From NCBI GenBank assembly GCA_000092065.1, contig CP000585.1: a stretch of 64,000 bases of DNA. One strand, written 5' to 3'. Shown here one piece after another: positions 39,682-48,617 of the stretch (its first letter is position 1; each line of letters begins with the position of its first letter). The notes under the pieces are model-generated. The model was given only the letters and a program-made list of their open reading frames with translations, was not told the origin of the DNA and searched no databases. The position numbers were made by a program, and so were the translations under genes. The stretch comes from Ostreococcus lucimarinus. Taxonomy: Eukaryota.

Positions 39682-39885
39682 TCTTCCCTTCTTTACTCGT
39701 CCCGCTTTCAATTTTATCCCACTTTCATTCGTTTAAATTCGTTCAGACGCCGCGGCGACGTCGTCGGCGTCAGAGCCACGTCACCAGTCGCTTCGCGCGG
39801 ATAACTTTGCCTCAGACACCACCGCGCGCGCGACGACGCGCCGTCGTTCGCGCCGCGCGTGGACGTCGAACGACGCGCGGCGACG

Positions 39886-41580
39886 ATGCGCGCCAATGTC
39901 GTGGGGTGCGAGCGTCCAGCGGCGCGCGCGCGCGTCGCGACGGCGCCGCGAACGTCGCCGCGTCCCTCGCCGCGGTCGTTCGTCGCGACGGTTTCGCGAC
40001 GCGTGACGCTCGGTGCGACGACGAAATCGCGCGTTGAGAGCGCGGAAGCGCGCGCATGCGTCGCGCGCGGCGCGTGGTGCGCGCGACGCGCGGCAGGAGC
40101 GATGGAGATGGCGGGAGACGCGAGCGAAGGCGCGGCGAGAGGGGACGCGGGCGCGGCGTGGCTGAGCGAGGACGCGACGCCGCGGAACGACGCGCTGGAT
40201 AAGCTCATCATCAGTCTGTTCGTGCCGGCGATGCTAAACTTTTTGATAATCCCGCTCGTGGGCGCGGTGGATGTGTTTTGGGTCGGGCGATTGGAGGACG
40301 CGGTGGCGCTCGCGGCGCAGGGGGCGGCGAATCAGGTGTTTCAGAGCGCGTTTTGGATCATTTCCTTCATTCCGAGCGTCGTCGCGCCCGTGGTGGCGAA
40401 AGCGGCGGCGGGAGGTGATACGAACGAATTGTCGAAAAAGATTGGGGAGGGGATCTTCTGCGCCGCCGTGGTGGGGGCGATGGGGATGGTGTTGATGTAT
40501 ACGATGCAAGAGCGCGCGTTGGGCATCGTCGGCGTCGCCGCGGGGAGCGTGACGGCGCATCAAGCGGCGCCTTACGTTGGGTATCGCGCGCTGACGTTCA
40601 TTCCAGCGATCGTTTCCACGGTTGGTTTCGCCGCATTTCGTGGGACGCTTGACGTGATGACACCGATGAAGATTACGTTGGCGAGTCAAATGTTAAACGT
40701 CGTCCTCGACCCGCTCTTCATCTTCGGCGTCGGCACGTTCAAGGCGATGGGGGTCGCTGGCGCCGCAATCGCGACGTCGATTTCAGAGATTTTCTCTGCG
40801 GGTTTGTACACTACGTTACTCGTCAAGCGCAAGCTGGTCGATCTTAAGGATATGTTTAGGCCTCCGAGCGCGGCGGCGTTGGGGACGCTTCTCGTCGGCG
40901 GCGCCGGCGTGCAGCTTCGAGCAGTGGCGCAAAATATCACGTTCTTGGCAGTGATGCGCGCCATACTTACGATGGACTCCACCGGTACGGCGGCTGCGGC
41001 GCACACGATCTCGTCGCAGGTGTTTCAGCTCGGTGTTATCGCTATTTTGGCGTTGAGCACCATCGCCACCATTTTGATCCCCCAGCGCATGAACTCGATG
41101 GAAAAAGGTGGACCTCGCGAAGCCAAGCGCGTGGCCGATCGTTTGCTCGTATGGGGCGTTGTTATCGGTGTCATCTTGGCCGTCTTACAAGCGGGCGCGA
41201 TTCCGTTCCTCGGCGTCTTCTCCTCCTTGTCTGAAGTTCAAGAACAGGCCAAGATGCCCTGCATCATCGGCGCGTTGCTGCAGCCGCTCAACGGCATCGT
41301 TTTCGTCGGAGAGGGCTTGATGCAAGGCCATCAAGCTTTCCTTCGTCTTGCCGCGGGCATGTTCGTCTCCACGGGTGCCATGCTCGTCGCATTGAACATA
41401 TACGGCAACTCCCTCGCCGGCGTGTGGTTTTGCTTCACCGTATTCAACACGTTTAGATTGTTCTTCGGCTTGCGTCATCACTTCTTCGACGGCCCGCTCG
41501 CGCCGCGTCACATCGACGCCACGATCGCCAAGCTCGAAGTGGAGACCGCAGCCAAGGCTGCGGCCGCCAAGACGGATTAA
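39886..41580 (+). CDS. MATE (multidrug and toxic compound extrusion, DinF-like) transporter with a presequence.
   Basis: 12 predicted TM helices and the MATE duplication. The track start at 39859 is GTG. The first ATG is at 39886 (MRANVVGCERPAARARVATAPRTSPRPS..., transit-peptide-like). Confidence 0.8.
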   Translation: MRANVVGCERPAARARVATAPRTSPRPSPRSFVATVSRRVTLGATTKSRVESAEARACVARGAWCARRAAGAMEMAGDASEGAARGDAGAAWLSEDATPRNDALDKLIISLFVPAMLNFLIIPLVGAVDVFWVGRLEDAVALAAQGAANQVFQSAFWIISFIPSVVAPVVAKAAAGGDTNELSKKIGEGIFCAAVVGAMGMVLMYTMQERALGIVGVAAGSVTAHQAAPYVGYRALTFIPAIVSTVGFAAFRGTLDVMTPMKITLASQMLNVVLDPLFIFGVGTFKAMGVAGAAIATSISEIFSAGLYTTLLVKRKLVDLKDMFRPPSAAALGTLLVGGAGVQLRAVAQNITFLAVMRAILTMDSTGTAAAAHTISSQVFQLGVIAILALSTIATILIPQRMNSMEKGGPREAKRVADRLLVWGVVIGVILAVLQAGAIPFLGVFSSLSEVQEQAKMPCIIGALLQPLNGIVFVGEGLMQGHQAFLRLAAGMFVSTGAMLVALNIYGNSLAGVWFCFTVFNTFRLFFGLRHHFFDGPLAPRHIDATIAKLEVETAAKAAAAKTD

Positions 41581-41678
41581 TATCGTCATCGCTAGATTGA
41601 GTAGTTCGCTGTGTAGTTTCTATTTCTAATCCACGTTTTGTCACGCGCCAGAACCTCGCGCGGCACGCGCGCGCCGTC

Positions 41679-42373
41679 ATGGGGCTTCTCAGCATCATAA
41701 AAAAAGTACGCTCGGCGTCGCCCGCGCGCGCGTTTCGTCTCTCGCCTCGCGCGCGCGTCGCTCGCGACGCCGAACCGTCGAGTCGAGTTCGTTGTTCGTT
41801 GACCCGCGCTGACGCTGACTTCGTCCCCGCGCTCGCGAAACGCAGGTCAAGGCCAAGGAGCGCGAGCTCCGCGTCCTCATGGTCGGCCTCGATAACGCCG
41901 GGAAGACGACGATCGTGAAACGAGTGAACGGGGAACCGATCGATGAAATCTCCCCGACGCTCGGGTTCAACATCAAGACGATGACGTTCGGCGCGTACTC
42001 GTTGAACATCTGGGACGTAGGCGGACAGAAAACGCTGCGGTCGTATTGGAAAAACTATTACGAAGCGACGGATGCACTGATTTGGGTCGTGGACAGCGCG
42101 GACGGGCGACGGATGCGAGACTGCGCTCGCGAACTCGCGGGCGTGCTCGGCGAGGAGAAGCTCGCGGGGGCGAGCGTTTTGATTTTCGCGAATAAGCGCG
42201 ATATTCAAGGCGCCATGGACGTGGATGCTATGGTGGATGCGTTAGGGTTGAAGACGCTGGTGAATCGGCACTGGAACATCGTCGCGTGCTCGGCGGTGAC
42301 CGGCGAAGGGTTACTCGAGGGGTTCGACTGGCTCGTGAAAGACTGCGCGGATAGGATTTACATGTTCGATTAG
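41679..42373 (+). CDS. ARL2: ADP-ribosylation factor-like protein 2 (ARL2) with two exons: 41679..41705 and 41846..42373.
   Basis: Exon 1 MGLLSIIKK, then an intron GTACGC...CGCAG, then exon 2 [46 protein letters not shown]...[17 protein letters not shown]...FANKRDI.... This is co-linear with human ARL2 ([31 protein letters not shown]...). Confidence 0.85.
41706..41845 (+). other. Spliceosomal intron of ARL2 (140 nt).
   Basis: GTACGCTCGG...GCTGACGCTGACTTCG...CGCAG; phase 0. Confidence 0.8.
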
Positions 42374-42565
42374 CGGAGTTGGCGCGGCCATCGCGCGTCG
42401 CCAATATAGTCATAGATCGCTGTACAACAACCACATTCTTTCGGCACTCATCGCGCCGCGCGATGGCGAGAAGAATCGAAACCGCGGCGCGCCGAGCGCG
42501 ACAGCTCTCTCGCGTTTGAATCTCCCCGACCTCACAAATCCGCGCACGATCGCGCGCGCGCCGCG

Positions 42566-43141
42566 ATGCCGCCTAAAACCCCCAAAACCGTCCTCGACAA
42601 GGTTTTGCACGCCATCGAGACCCTGCAAACGCCCGGCGGATCGTCGCGCCAAGCCATCGCGAAATATCTCAAGGAACACTTCGACGCCGATAACGCTCCC
42701 GCACTCAAGCGCGCGCTCGCCAAGGGCGTCGCCGACGGCAAGCTCGAACAGAGCGGGCAATCTTTCTCGATTCCTGGCCTCGAATTCGACGCGCCCGAGG
42801 ACGAAAAGGTGAAGATTGAAGTCTTGGACGAGGGACGGTACGCGAGCGAGTCGGGACGGTGCGAGCGAGGCGACCAAGTGATGGTGGACTACGTCGGCAC
42901 GCTCGCGGCCACGGGCGAGGAGTTCGATCGCTCGGACGGACCGTTTCGGTTTAATCTCGGGTACGGCGAGGTGATCAAGGGATGGGAAGAGGGAGTGATC
43001 GGAATGCGGTGCGACGAGACGAGACGGTTGACGATTACGCCAAAGTTGGCGTACGGGAAACGAGGGAGTCCACCGGAAATCCCGCCGGACGCGACGTTGG
43101 TGTTCGAGGTGACGATGTTGCGGTTCGAGCCGGTGGGATGA
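42566..43141 (+). CDS. Fusion protein: linker-histone H1/H5 globular (H15 winged-helix) domain plus an FKBP-type peptidyl-prolyl cis-trans isomerase domain.
   Basis: N-terminus KTVLDKVLHAIETLQTPGGSSRQAIAKYLKEHFDADNAPALKRALAKGVADGKLEQSGQSFSIPG is the H15 signature. C-terminus GDQVMVDYVGTLAATGEEFDRSDGPFRFNLGYGEVIKGWEEGVIGMRCDETRRLTITPKLAYGKRGSPPEIPPDATLVFEVTMLRF is the FKBP_C domain. ATG at 42566. Confidence 0.8.
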   Translation: MPPKTPKTVLDKVLHAIETLQTPGGSSRQAIAKYLKEHFDADNAPALKRALAKGVADGKLEQSGQSFSIPGLEFDAPEDEKVKIEVLDEGRYASESGRCERGDQVMVDYVGTLAATGEEFDRSDGPFRFNLGYGEVIKGWEEGVIGMRCDETRRLTITPKLAYGKRGSPPEIPPDATLVFEVTMLRFEPVG

Positions 43142-43210
43142 GCGCGCGGTCGTCGGGGGTTCGATTACTCGAGGGTCGGCGTCGACGGGCGCGTCAGACG
43201 ACGCCTCGAC

Positions 43211-44293
43211 ATGCGCGCGGCGGCGACGGCTCGACCATCGACGGCTCGACCGTCGACGTCCGCGAGACGCGCGCGGCGAGCGCGAACGCGCGCCGTGCGT
43301 GATGAACGAATCGACTTCCTCTCCACGACGCTCATCGTCGACGACCTGGTGTTCGCGGACGGGACGACGCGGATGGCGGTGCTCGGCGGCGGTGGGCCGC
43401 AGACGCTGTTCGGCGCTGCGGTGACGTCCGACGGTGAGCTCACGCTCGGTCTCGTCGCGGGCGTGGGCGAGGGCGATTGCCCGGAGACGTGCGCGAGGTG
43501 GCTCGCGGACATTGGCGCGGAAGCGTTTTTGTTGACGTTGGGGACGTCGACGCCGCGGGCGTGGCAAATCACCGAACGCGACGGACGTCGCACGCAGGTG
43601 TGGAGATTGGACGCAAGCGATGCTTTGTACGCGATGTTGCGTCCGAAATACGCGATTTGGCCAGAGAAGTGTAAGCGTGCGAACGCGGTGCACTTTGGCT
43701 TGAATCCGTCGCGACCAGACGTCGAGCTCGTGCAAGCGCTTCGCGAAGGCGGGTGCGGCTTGATTTCGATCGAACCGTTCACGCACGCCGAGGCACCGCT
43801 ATCGAGGAAAGATTTGGAAAATCTCGTTTCCATGGGTGATGTTTTCTCGCCGAATGAGCGCGAGGCGAGGAGTTTCTTTGCGAAGGGCGACGGGATGTCG
43901 CCGAAGGATTTGATCAAAGCCATGCGAAAAGCTGGGGCGACGATATGTTGTTTGCGGCGCGGGTCGCGCGGTGCGATGGTGTATGATTCGCGAACGAACG
44001 AGGGTTACGAGTGCGAGGCGCTCTCTGCGAATGTCGTAGACGAAACTGGATGCGGCAACGCGTTTTGCGGCGCTTTCGCCGCCGCCTTGGCGCAGGGCGC
44101 CACGATACGCGACGGTCTTATCCGTGGAACGGTTGCGGCGAGCATCATGCTCGAACACGTTGGCGTCCCAAACGGCACATTGGTCGAGTATCGCGCCGAA
44201 GCAGCGAGGCGTGCGAACTTGATCAATCCCGTTGCGTTTAGTCTCGACGAAGAGGTTGCCGCGTTCGTCGACTTCGACGAGTACATCCCCTAG
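43211..44293 (+). CDS. PfkB-family carbohydrate/nucleoside kinase (ribokinase-like).
   Basis: C-terminal PfkB signature DETGCGNAFCGAFAAAL, with an upstream ...GGGGPQ... di-Gly region. ATG at 43211. Confidence 0.75.
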   Translation: MRAAATARPSTARPSTSARRARRARTRAVRDERIDFLSTTLIVDDLVFADGTTRMAVLGGGGPQTLFGAAVTSDGELTLGLVAGVGEGDCPETCARWLADIGAEAFLLTLGTSTPRAWQITERDGRRTQVWRLDASDALYAMLRPKYAIWPEKCKRANAVHFGLNPSRPDVELVQALREGGCGLISIEPFTHAEAPLSRKDLENLVSMGDVFSPNEREARSFFAKGDGMSPKDLIKAMRKAGATICCLRRGSRGAMVYDSRTNEGYECEALSANVVDETGCGNAFCGAFAAALAQGATIRDGLIRGTVAASIMLEHVGVPNGTLVEYRAEAARRANLINPVAFSLDEEVAAFVDFDEYIP

Positions 44294-44333
44294 TTTAGCT
44301 CTAGATGTTCAGATTAAAGTTATGCAACGCGTT

Positions 44334-45325
44334 TTATTTACACTCCTCCTCCTCGTCTTCTGGGTCACCTCCGGCGTGATAGAACGGACTCGTCGTCAAC
44401 TTGCGGCGAGTGTCGACGACGACGAGCGGGCGGCACTCGCAGTTCTGCGGCCACGCGTGCATGTGTTCGCGCATATTTTCGCTCGGCACGTGTCCACCGA
44501 AGCAGTACTCCACCATTAGATTGCACATGAACGCCGAGTGTGTGACGACTATGATTGAATCTTCCTCGCGATCGAAACACCAGTCGAGAAACTTTCGCGC
44601 TCGCGCTCGCAGCACCGGTTCGGGCTCGCGATTCTCTCGGCCCGGCTTCCACAACACGTCGTCCTCGTCCTCGATGAACGAAAAGTCAACCCCAGGAAAC
44701 TCTCGTCGATATTCGCTGACGCTGCGCCGTCTATCGCACGGATTCCCGCCTATTTGCTCGCGCACCATTTCGAGCGCGACGAATTTCTTCCCCCCGCGCA
44801 ACCGCGCGTCGCACCTCAACGCCGGTCGTTCGCACGCCTTCATCGCCTCCGCCCTCGTCGCCTCCATCAGCACGCACCCATCGCCGTCGACCGATCCGAA
44901 CATCCCCGCCGCCGTCTCCATCGCTCGCGTCAACGGCGACACCACCACCAGTTCGCACGTCTCCAACATTTTCCCGTACGCGTCGCGCGACTCGAGCGTC
45001 TCTTTAAAATGTTCGCACTGTCGCCATCCTCGCGCCGTGAGTCTCGCGTCCGCGTACGCCTCGCTCCCGTACTCCTTCGGGTCTCGCTCGCCCGCTGCGC
45101 TCCCGGCGCTCGACGCGCGCCGTCAGTCGTTTTCCTTCGGCTTTCGTCACCGACCGTCTCTGATTTCAATCTTCTCGCGCGTCGCGTCCGTCGCGTCGCG
45201 CGCGTCGCACCTCGATTGTGAAACCCCTCGGCGTGTCGTATGAGATAGATCGTCTTCGTCGCGCCCGCCGGCGCGCAGTGCACGTCGCGCGCGTCCGCGC
45301 TCGGCGGATGGCGCACCCAGCCCAT
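44334..45325 (-). CDS. Phosphoglycerate-mutase-like histidine phosphatase (plant PGM-like protein 1 family) with two exons: 45211..45325 and 44334..45094.
   Basis: Exon 1 MGWVRHPPSADARDVHCAPAGATKTIYLIRHAEGFHNR carries the RHG catalytic motif, with donor CGAG|GTGCGACG in phase 1. After CGCAG, exon 2 continues (A)GERDPKEYGSEAYADARLTARGWRQ...LVVVSPLTRAMETA...NPCDRRRSVSEYRREFPGVDFSFIEDEDDVLWKP...IIVVTHSAF. Plant PGM-like 1 reads HNVEGEKNHDAYLS...LTPLGWKQ...ITSPLLRTMQTA...HPCDKRRSVTEYKALFP. Confidence 0.8.
45095..45210 (-). other. Spliceosomal intron of the PGM-like gene (116 nt).
   Basis: GTGCGACGCGCGCGACGCGACGG...GACTGACGGCGCG...GCGCAG; phase 1. Splicing joins the RHG exon to the downstream ORF in frame. 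Confidence 0.75.
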
Positions 45326-45382
45326 GTCGCGGCGAAAAGTGCCGTCGCGGTGCCGACCCGGTGCCGCACTCGCCGTCGCGCG

Positions 45383-46528
45383 ATGGCGGCGACGCGCGGG
45401 GAGTACGCGACGTACGGCGTGGGCGCGTTTTTGGCGTGCGTGTCGAGGGTGCGCGACGGCGCGACGCGACGCGACGCGACGCGACGGCGCGGCGCGACGG
45501 CGCGACGGCGCGACGGCGCGACGCTTTCTCTTCGCCGCGACGACGCGTCGACGCGCGAACGCGACGCGCGAAGGAGCGACGCGCGAAGAAGCGCGGACTG
45601 ACGGGAGTCGTGACTCGCGTGACAGGGCGTCACGGGCGTGGGCGCGGCGATACTGTTCCTCGTGACCTGGGTCGTGTTCTCCGTGGCGGGCGCGGAGACG
45701 AGCTCGCTGAAGGACACGGTGGCGCTGGAGGCGTTCGTGGGATTGGTGACCATGGTGCCGTTCATCACGTCGGCGAACATTCGCGAACACACGAATTGGG
45801 TGATACTGGCGTCGTTTTTACCGTGTCAGGCGGCGAGTGTGCCGTTGGGGGCGCTCGCGTTGCAGAGGGTGTCGCCGGCGTATTTGGAGCTGACGTTTTC
45901 GGCGTTGATCGCGTTGTTCGTGAGCGAACGCACGGGGGCGTTCGGGTACGTCGCGCGAAAGTGTGGAGGTGGCGAGAGTACGACGACGGTATCGACGACT
46001 GCCGGTGACGGTGATGGCGACGCACGGGGCGTGAACGCACCCGACGTGGAGACGGGCGAAGAGGTCGAGGCGCGCGCAAACTGGTGGAAAGAGCCCAAGA
46101 AATTCCTCATGTTGCCCGTGGACAACGATGGCTTGACATTCAACGGCGAAAATTGGAAGTTTATGCTTTGTTGGGCCGTCGCTGGGTGCATGAGTGGCTT
46201 TTTGGGCGGTATGACGGGCACGCACGGTCCGCCGGCCATCGCGTGTTACACGATGATGAAGGTGAGTAAAGACATCGTGCGCGCCACGAGCGCGGCGATT
46301 CTTGTCACAGTCATGTGCTCGCGCCTCGTCACGTACGCCGTGAACGGGATGTTTGACATTAGTAAACCCGGCGTCTACGGCACCGCTGGCGGCTGCGGAC
46401 TCGCCGGCGTGTTCCTCGGCATTTACGCGCAAAAGTTCGTCGACAAGGACCAGTTTACGAAAATTTTACTCGGCATCCTCGGACTCGGTTCGGTGCTCAT
46501 GCTCTACAAGGGCATCGAAGATCTATGA
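45383..46528 (+). CDS. TauE/SafE (DUF81) family membrane permease with two probable exons: 45383..45448 and 45626..46528.
   Basis: The downstream ORF (track 45638, GTG start) lacks an ATG. An upstream ATG at 45383 gives MAATRGEYATYGVGAFLACVSR, then donor AGG|GTGCGCGACGG. After branch ACTGACGG and acceptor GTGACAG comes GVTGVGAAILFLVTW.... The second TauE half-repeat is present (...GCMSGFLGGMTGTHGPPAIACYTMMKV...). It is divergent from the PGM-like gene, only about 57 bp apart. Confidence 0.6.
45449..45625 (+). other. Probable intron of the TauE/SafE gene (177 nt), internally repetitive ((GCGACGCGAC)n and (GGCGCGACG)n).
   Basis: GTGCGCGACGGCGCGACGCGACGCG...GCGGACTGACGGGAGTCGTGACTCGCGTGACAG. 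Confidence 0.55.
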
Positions 46529-46670
46529 TATTCGGTCATTAATACTCGACCACCAGTTATATTCTTTGTAGTCTGTTGTATGGTATTCGCATCGCTCGCG
46601 CCGCGCGACGTCCCGCTCGCCGCGCTCGCGCGAGCGTCGACGCCTCAGACGCCGCCGCGCGCTTCTCGAG

Positions 46671-47546
46671 ATGTCGGACAGCGCCGCGCGCGTCACCGCC
46701 GCGAGACGCGCGAAGGAACGCGGGAGCGATTTGTACAAATCTGGCAAGTGGCGTGACGCCGCGGACGCGTTCGGGGAGGCGATTAAAATCGCCCCGCGAG
46801 ATGACGAAGACGTCGCCGTCTACCATTCCAATCGCGCGGCGGCGCTCCTGCAACTCGGCGACGCGAAAGCCGCGCGCTCGGACGCGGAGAAATGCGTGCG
46901 TCTTCGCCCGCACTGGGCTCGCGGGTGGTCGCGCGTGGCCGCGGCGTGCGAAATGCTGCAAGATGACGCCGGCGCCGAGCGGGCGTTGGAAAAGTTGATT
47001 TCGCTCGACGCCGATAACGCGGACGCGAGGCGGAACCTGAACGCGGTGCGGGCGAGAATGCGCGAGCGCGGTGGCGCGTCTCGGGGATGGCGCATGCCGT
47101 CGATGCCGTCGATGCCGTCGATGCCGTCGATGCCAGACGTGTCGGCGACGGCGGCGGCGGGCGCGGCGTTTTGTCGCATGCGCTACGCGCGCGCGACGCC
47201 GAACGAGCAGTTGGCGGTGAAGTGCGCGCTCGGCGTTTTAGCGTACTTTGTGTTCAAGCGCGTGGCGAGCGTTTTCGGATTCGGTGGTTACGGCTACGGT
47301 TCGTACGGTGGTGGTTACGATCCGTACGACGGCGGTGGTTTTTCGTTGTATACGCTCTTGGGCGTGGTGGCGCTGTACTACGCTCACAAGAGCGGCGCGA
47401 GTTGGTGGAACTTGCTTTCGATCGCAAACATGTTTGGCTTGACCGGAGGAGGTCGGCGTAGAGGCTACGGCGGCTACGGCGGCTACGGCGGCTACGGCGG
47501 CTACGGCCGACCCGGGTTCGGCGGACCGGGGATGTTCTTTCGATGA
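46671..47546 (+). CDS. TPR-domain protein with a C-terminal hydrophobic, Gly/Tyr-rich region. Possibly a tail-anchored receptor.
   Basis: N-terminal 3-TPR unit (...WRDAADAFGEAIKIAPRDDEDVAVYHSNRAAALLQLGDAKAARSDAEKCVRLRPHWARGW...). Then MPSMPSMPSMPSMP, two hydrophobic segments, and GYGGYGGYGGYG repeats. ATG at 46671. Confidence 0.55.
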   Translation: MSDSAARVTAARRAKERGSDLYKSGKWRDAADAFGEAIKIAPRDDEDVAVYHSNRAAALLQLGDAKAARSDAEKCVRLRPHWARGWSRVAAACEMLQDDAGAERALEKLISLDADNADARRNLNAVRARMRERGGASRGWRMPSMPSMPSMPSMPDVSATAAAGAAFCRMRYARATPNEQLAVKCALGVLAYFVFKRVASVFGFGGYGYGSYGGGYDPYDGGGFSLYTLLGVVALYYAHKSGASWWNLLSIANMFGLTGGGRRRGYGGYGGYGGYGGYGRPGFGGPGMFFR

Positions 47547-47608
47547 ACGCGTACGATTACATCGGCGCGTGGAAAACGCCTAGCCTAGCCTAGCCTAAAT
47601 CGCTAAAT

Positions 47609-48283
47609 CTACATCTCCAACAGTCCCCGCAACGCCTCCCTCGCATCGTCCTTTTCCGCATCCCGTTTCCTCTTCCTATCCTTCTTCTCTCGCTTCCTAT
47701 CCTTCGGCTTCGCCCTCGAGACCCCCCCGCCGGCGCCGAGCTTCTCCGCGCACCGCGCGCACGCGCGCACCTTCATCATCGCCTTCTTCCTCACCCCTCC
47801 CTCGTCGTACGCGAACACGCACTCGAACGACGCCAACCCATCGCTCGTCTCGCATCTCTTCTCGCCGCACGTGAACTGCCCCTTCCCCGCCCGCACCTCC
47901 GCCGCCGTTCGCCACCGCGCCCCCGTCTCGCCGTCTCGCGTCGTCGCGTCGAACACCGCGTACGCCTTGTACAGCTTTTCGTGATACCGTCTCGCCAGTC
48001 GCACCGCCCACGCGTCGCCGCGCCTTTCGTCCTCCTCGTCGTCTCTCACGAATCGGTGCTCGCGCGCCAGCGCGTCGCCGTCGCCGCGCGCGCGCCGCGC
48101 GTTCGCGCCGCAGAACCGCTCGTGCGCGTCGAGCAGCGCGGCGTGACGCGCGCGAGGGCTCAGCCGCGCGAAGTCGGCGCGATCGAGCGCGGCGCGCGCG
48201 ACGTCGTCGCCGCGCGCGCGCCGCATCGCGCGTCGCGGCGTGCGGGCGACCGACCGCGCGGGCGCCGTGCACGCATAAATCAT
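47609..48283 (-). CDS. FRA10AC1: FRA10AC1 homologue.
   Basis: RYHEKLYKAYAVFDATTRDGETGARWRTAAEVRAGKGQFTCGEKRCETSDGLASFECVFAYDEGGVRKKAMMKVRACARCAEKL matches the conserved Fra10Ac1 core (YHKKLFKEY...GKGQFxCGxKxC...). The ATG at 48283 is verified. C-terminal Lys/Arg-rich tail. Confidence 0.7.
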   Translation of the reverse strand: MIYACTAPARSVARTPRRAMRRARGDDVARAALDRADFARLSPRARHAALLDAHERFCGANARRARGDGDALAREHRFVRDDEEDERRGDAWAVRLARRYHEKLYKAYAVFDATTRDGETGARWRTAAEVRAGKGQFTCGEKRCETSDGLASFECVFAYDEGGVRKKAMMKVRACARCAEKLGAGGGVSRAKPKDRKREKKDRKRKRDAEKDDAREALRGLLEM

Positions 48284-48392
48284 CCATCACACATGGGCGA
48301 ACGGGTCGCAGAGTACGCGATCGAACGCGCGGGCGCCGTACACGCATAAATCATCACACATGGGCGAACGGGTCGCGGAGTACGCGATCGAA
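48258..48392. repeat. Tandem duplication (about 69 + 66 nt, about 92% identical) spanning the FRA10AC1 start codon and 5' leader.
   Basis: cgcgggcgccgtgcacgcataaatcatccatcacacatgggcgaacgggtcgcagagtacgcgatcgaacg is followed by a near-identical copy at 48327. The copy creates extra upstream ATGs, including a 25-codon uORF. Confidence 0.85.
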
Positions 48393-48617
48393 CGCCCGCG
48401 GCGCGCGATAAAAATCGACCGCGCGACGTCACCCGTTTGACCGCGGCGCCGCACACGCCGGCGCGCCGCGCGACCGCGCGCGCACGAGCGCGCGGACGTC
48501 GAGCGCGACGTGAAGCGTCGCGTCGTCGCGGCGAGCGCGCGCGCGACGCGAGGAAGCGAACGCGACGCGACGCGAGGAAGCGAACGCGAAGACGCATTCG
48601 CGCGCGCGGCGCGCACG

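Noticed and set aside
43141-43200. Possible tRNA because of a GGTTCGATT T-loop-like string (gggggttcgattactcgagggtcgg).
   Set aside because: No complementary acceptor stem or anticodon stem-loop can be drawn around it. It lies in the 3' flank of the FKBP gene and is most likely UTR.
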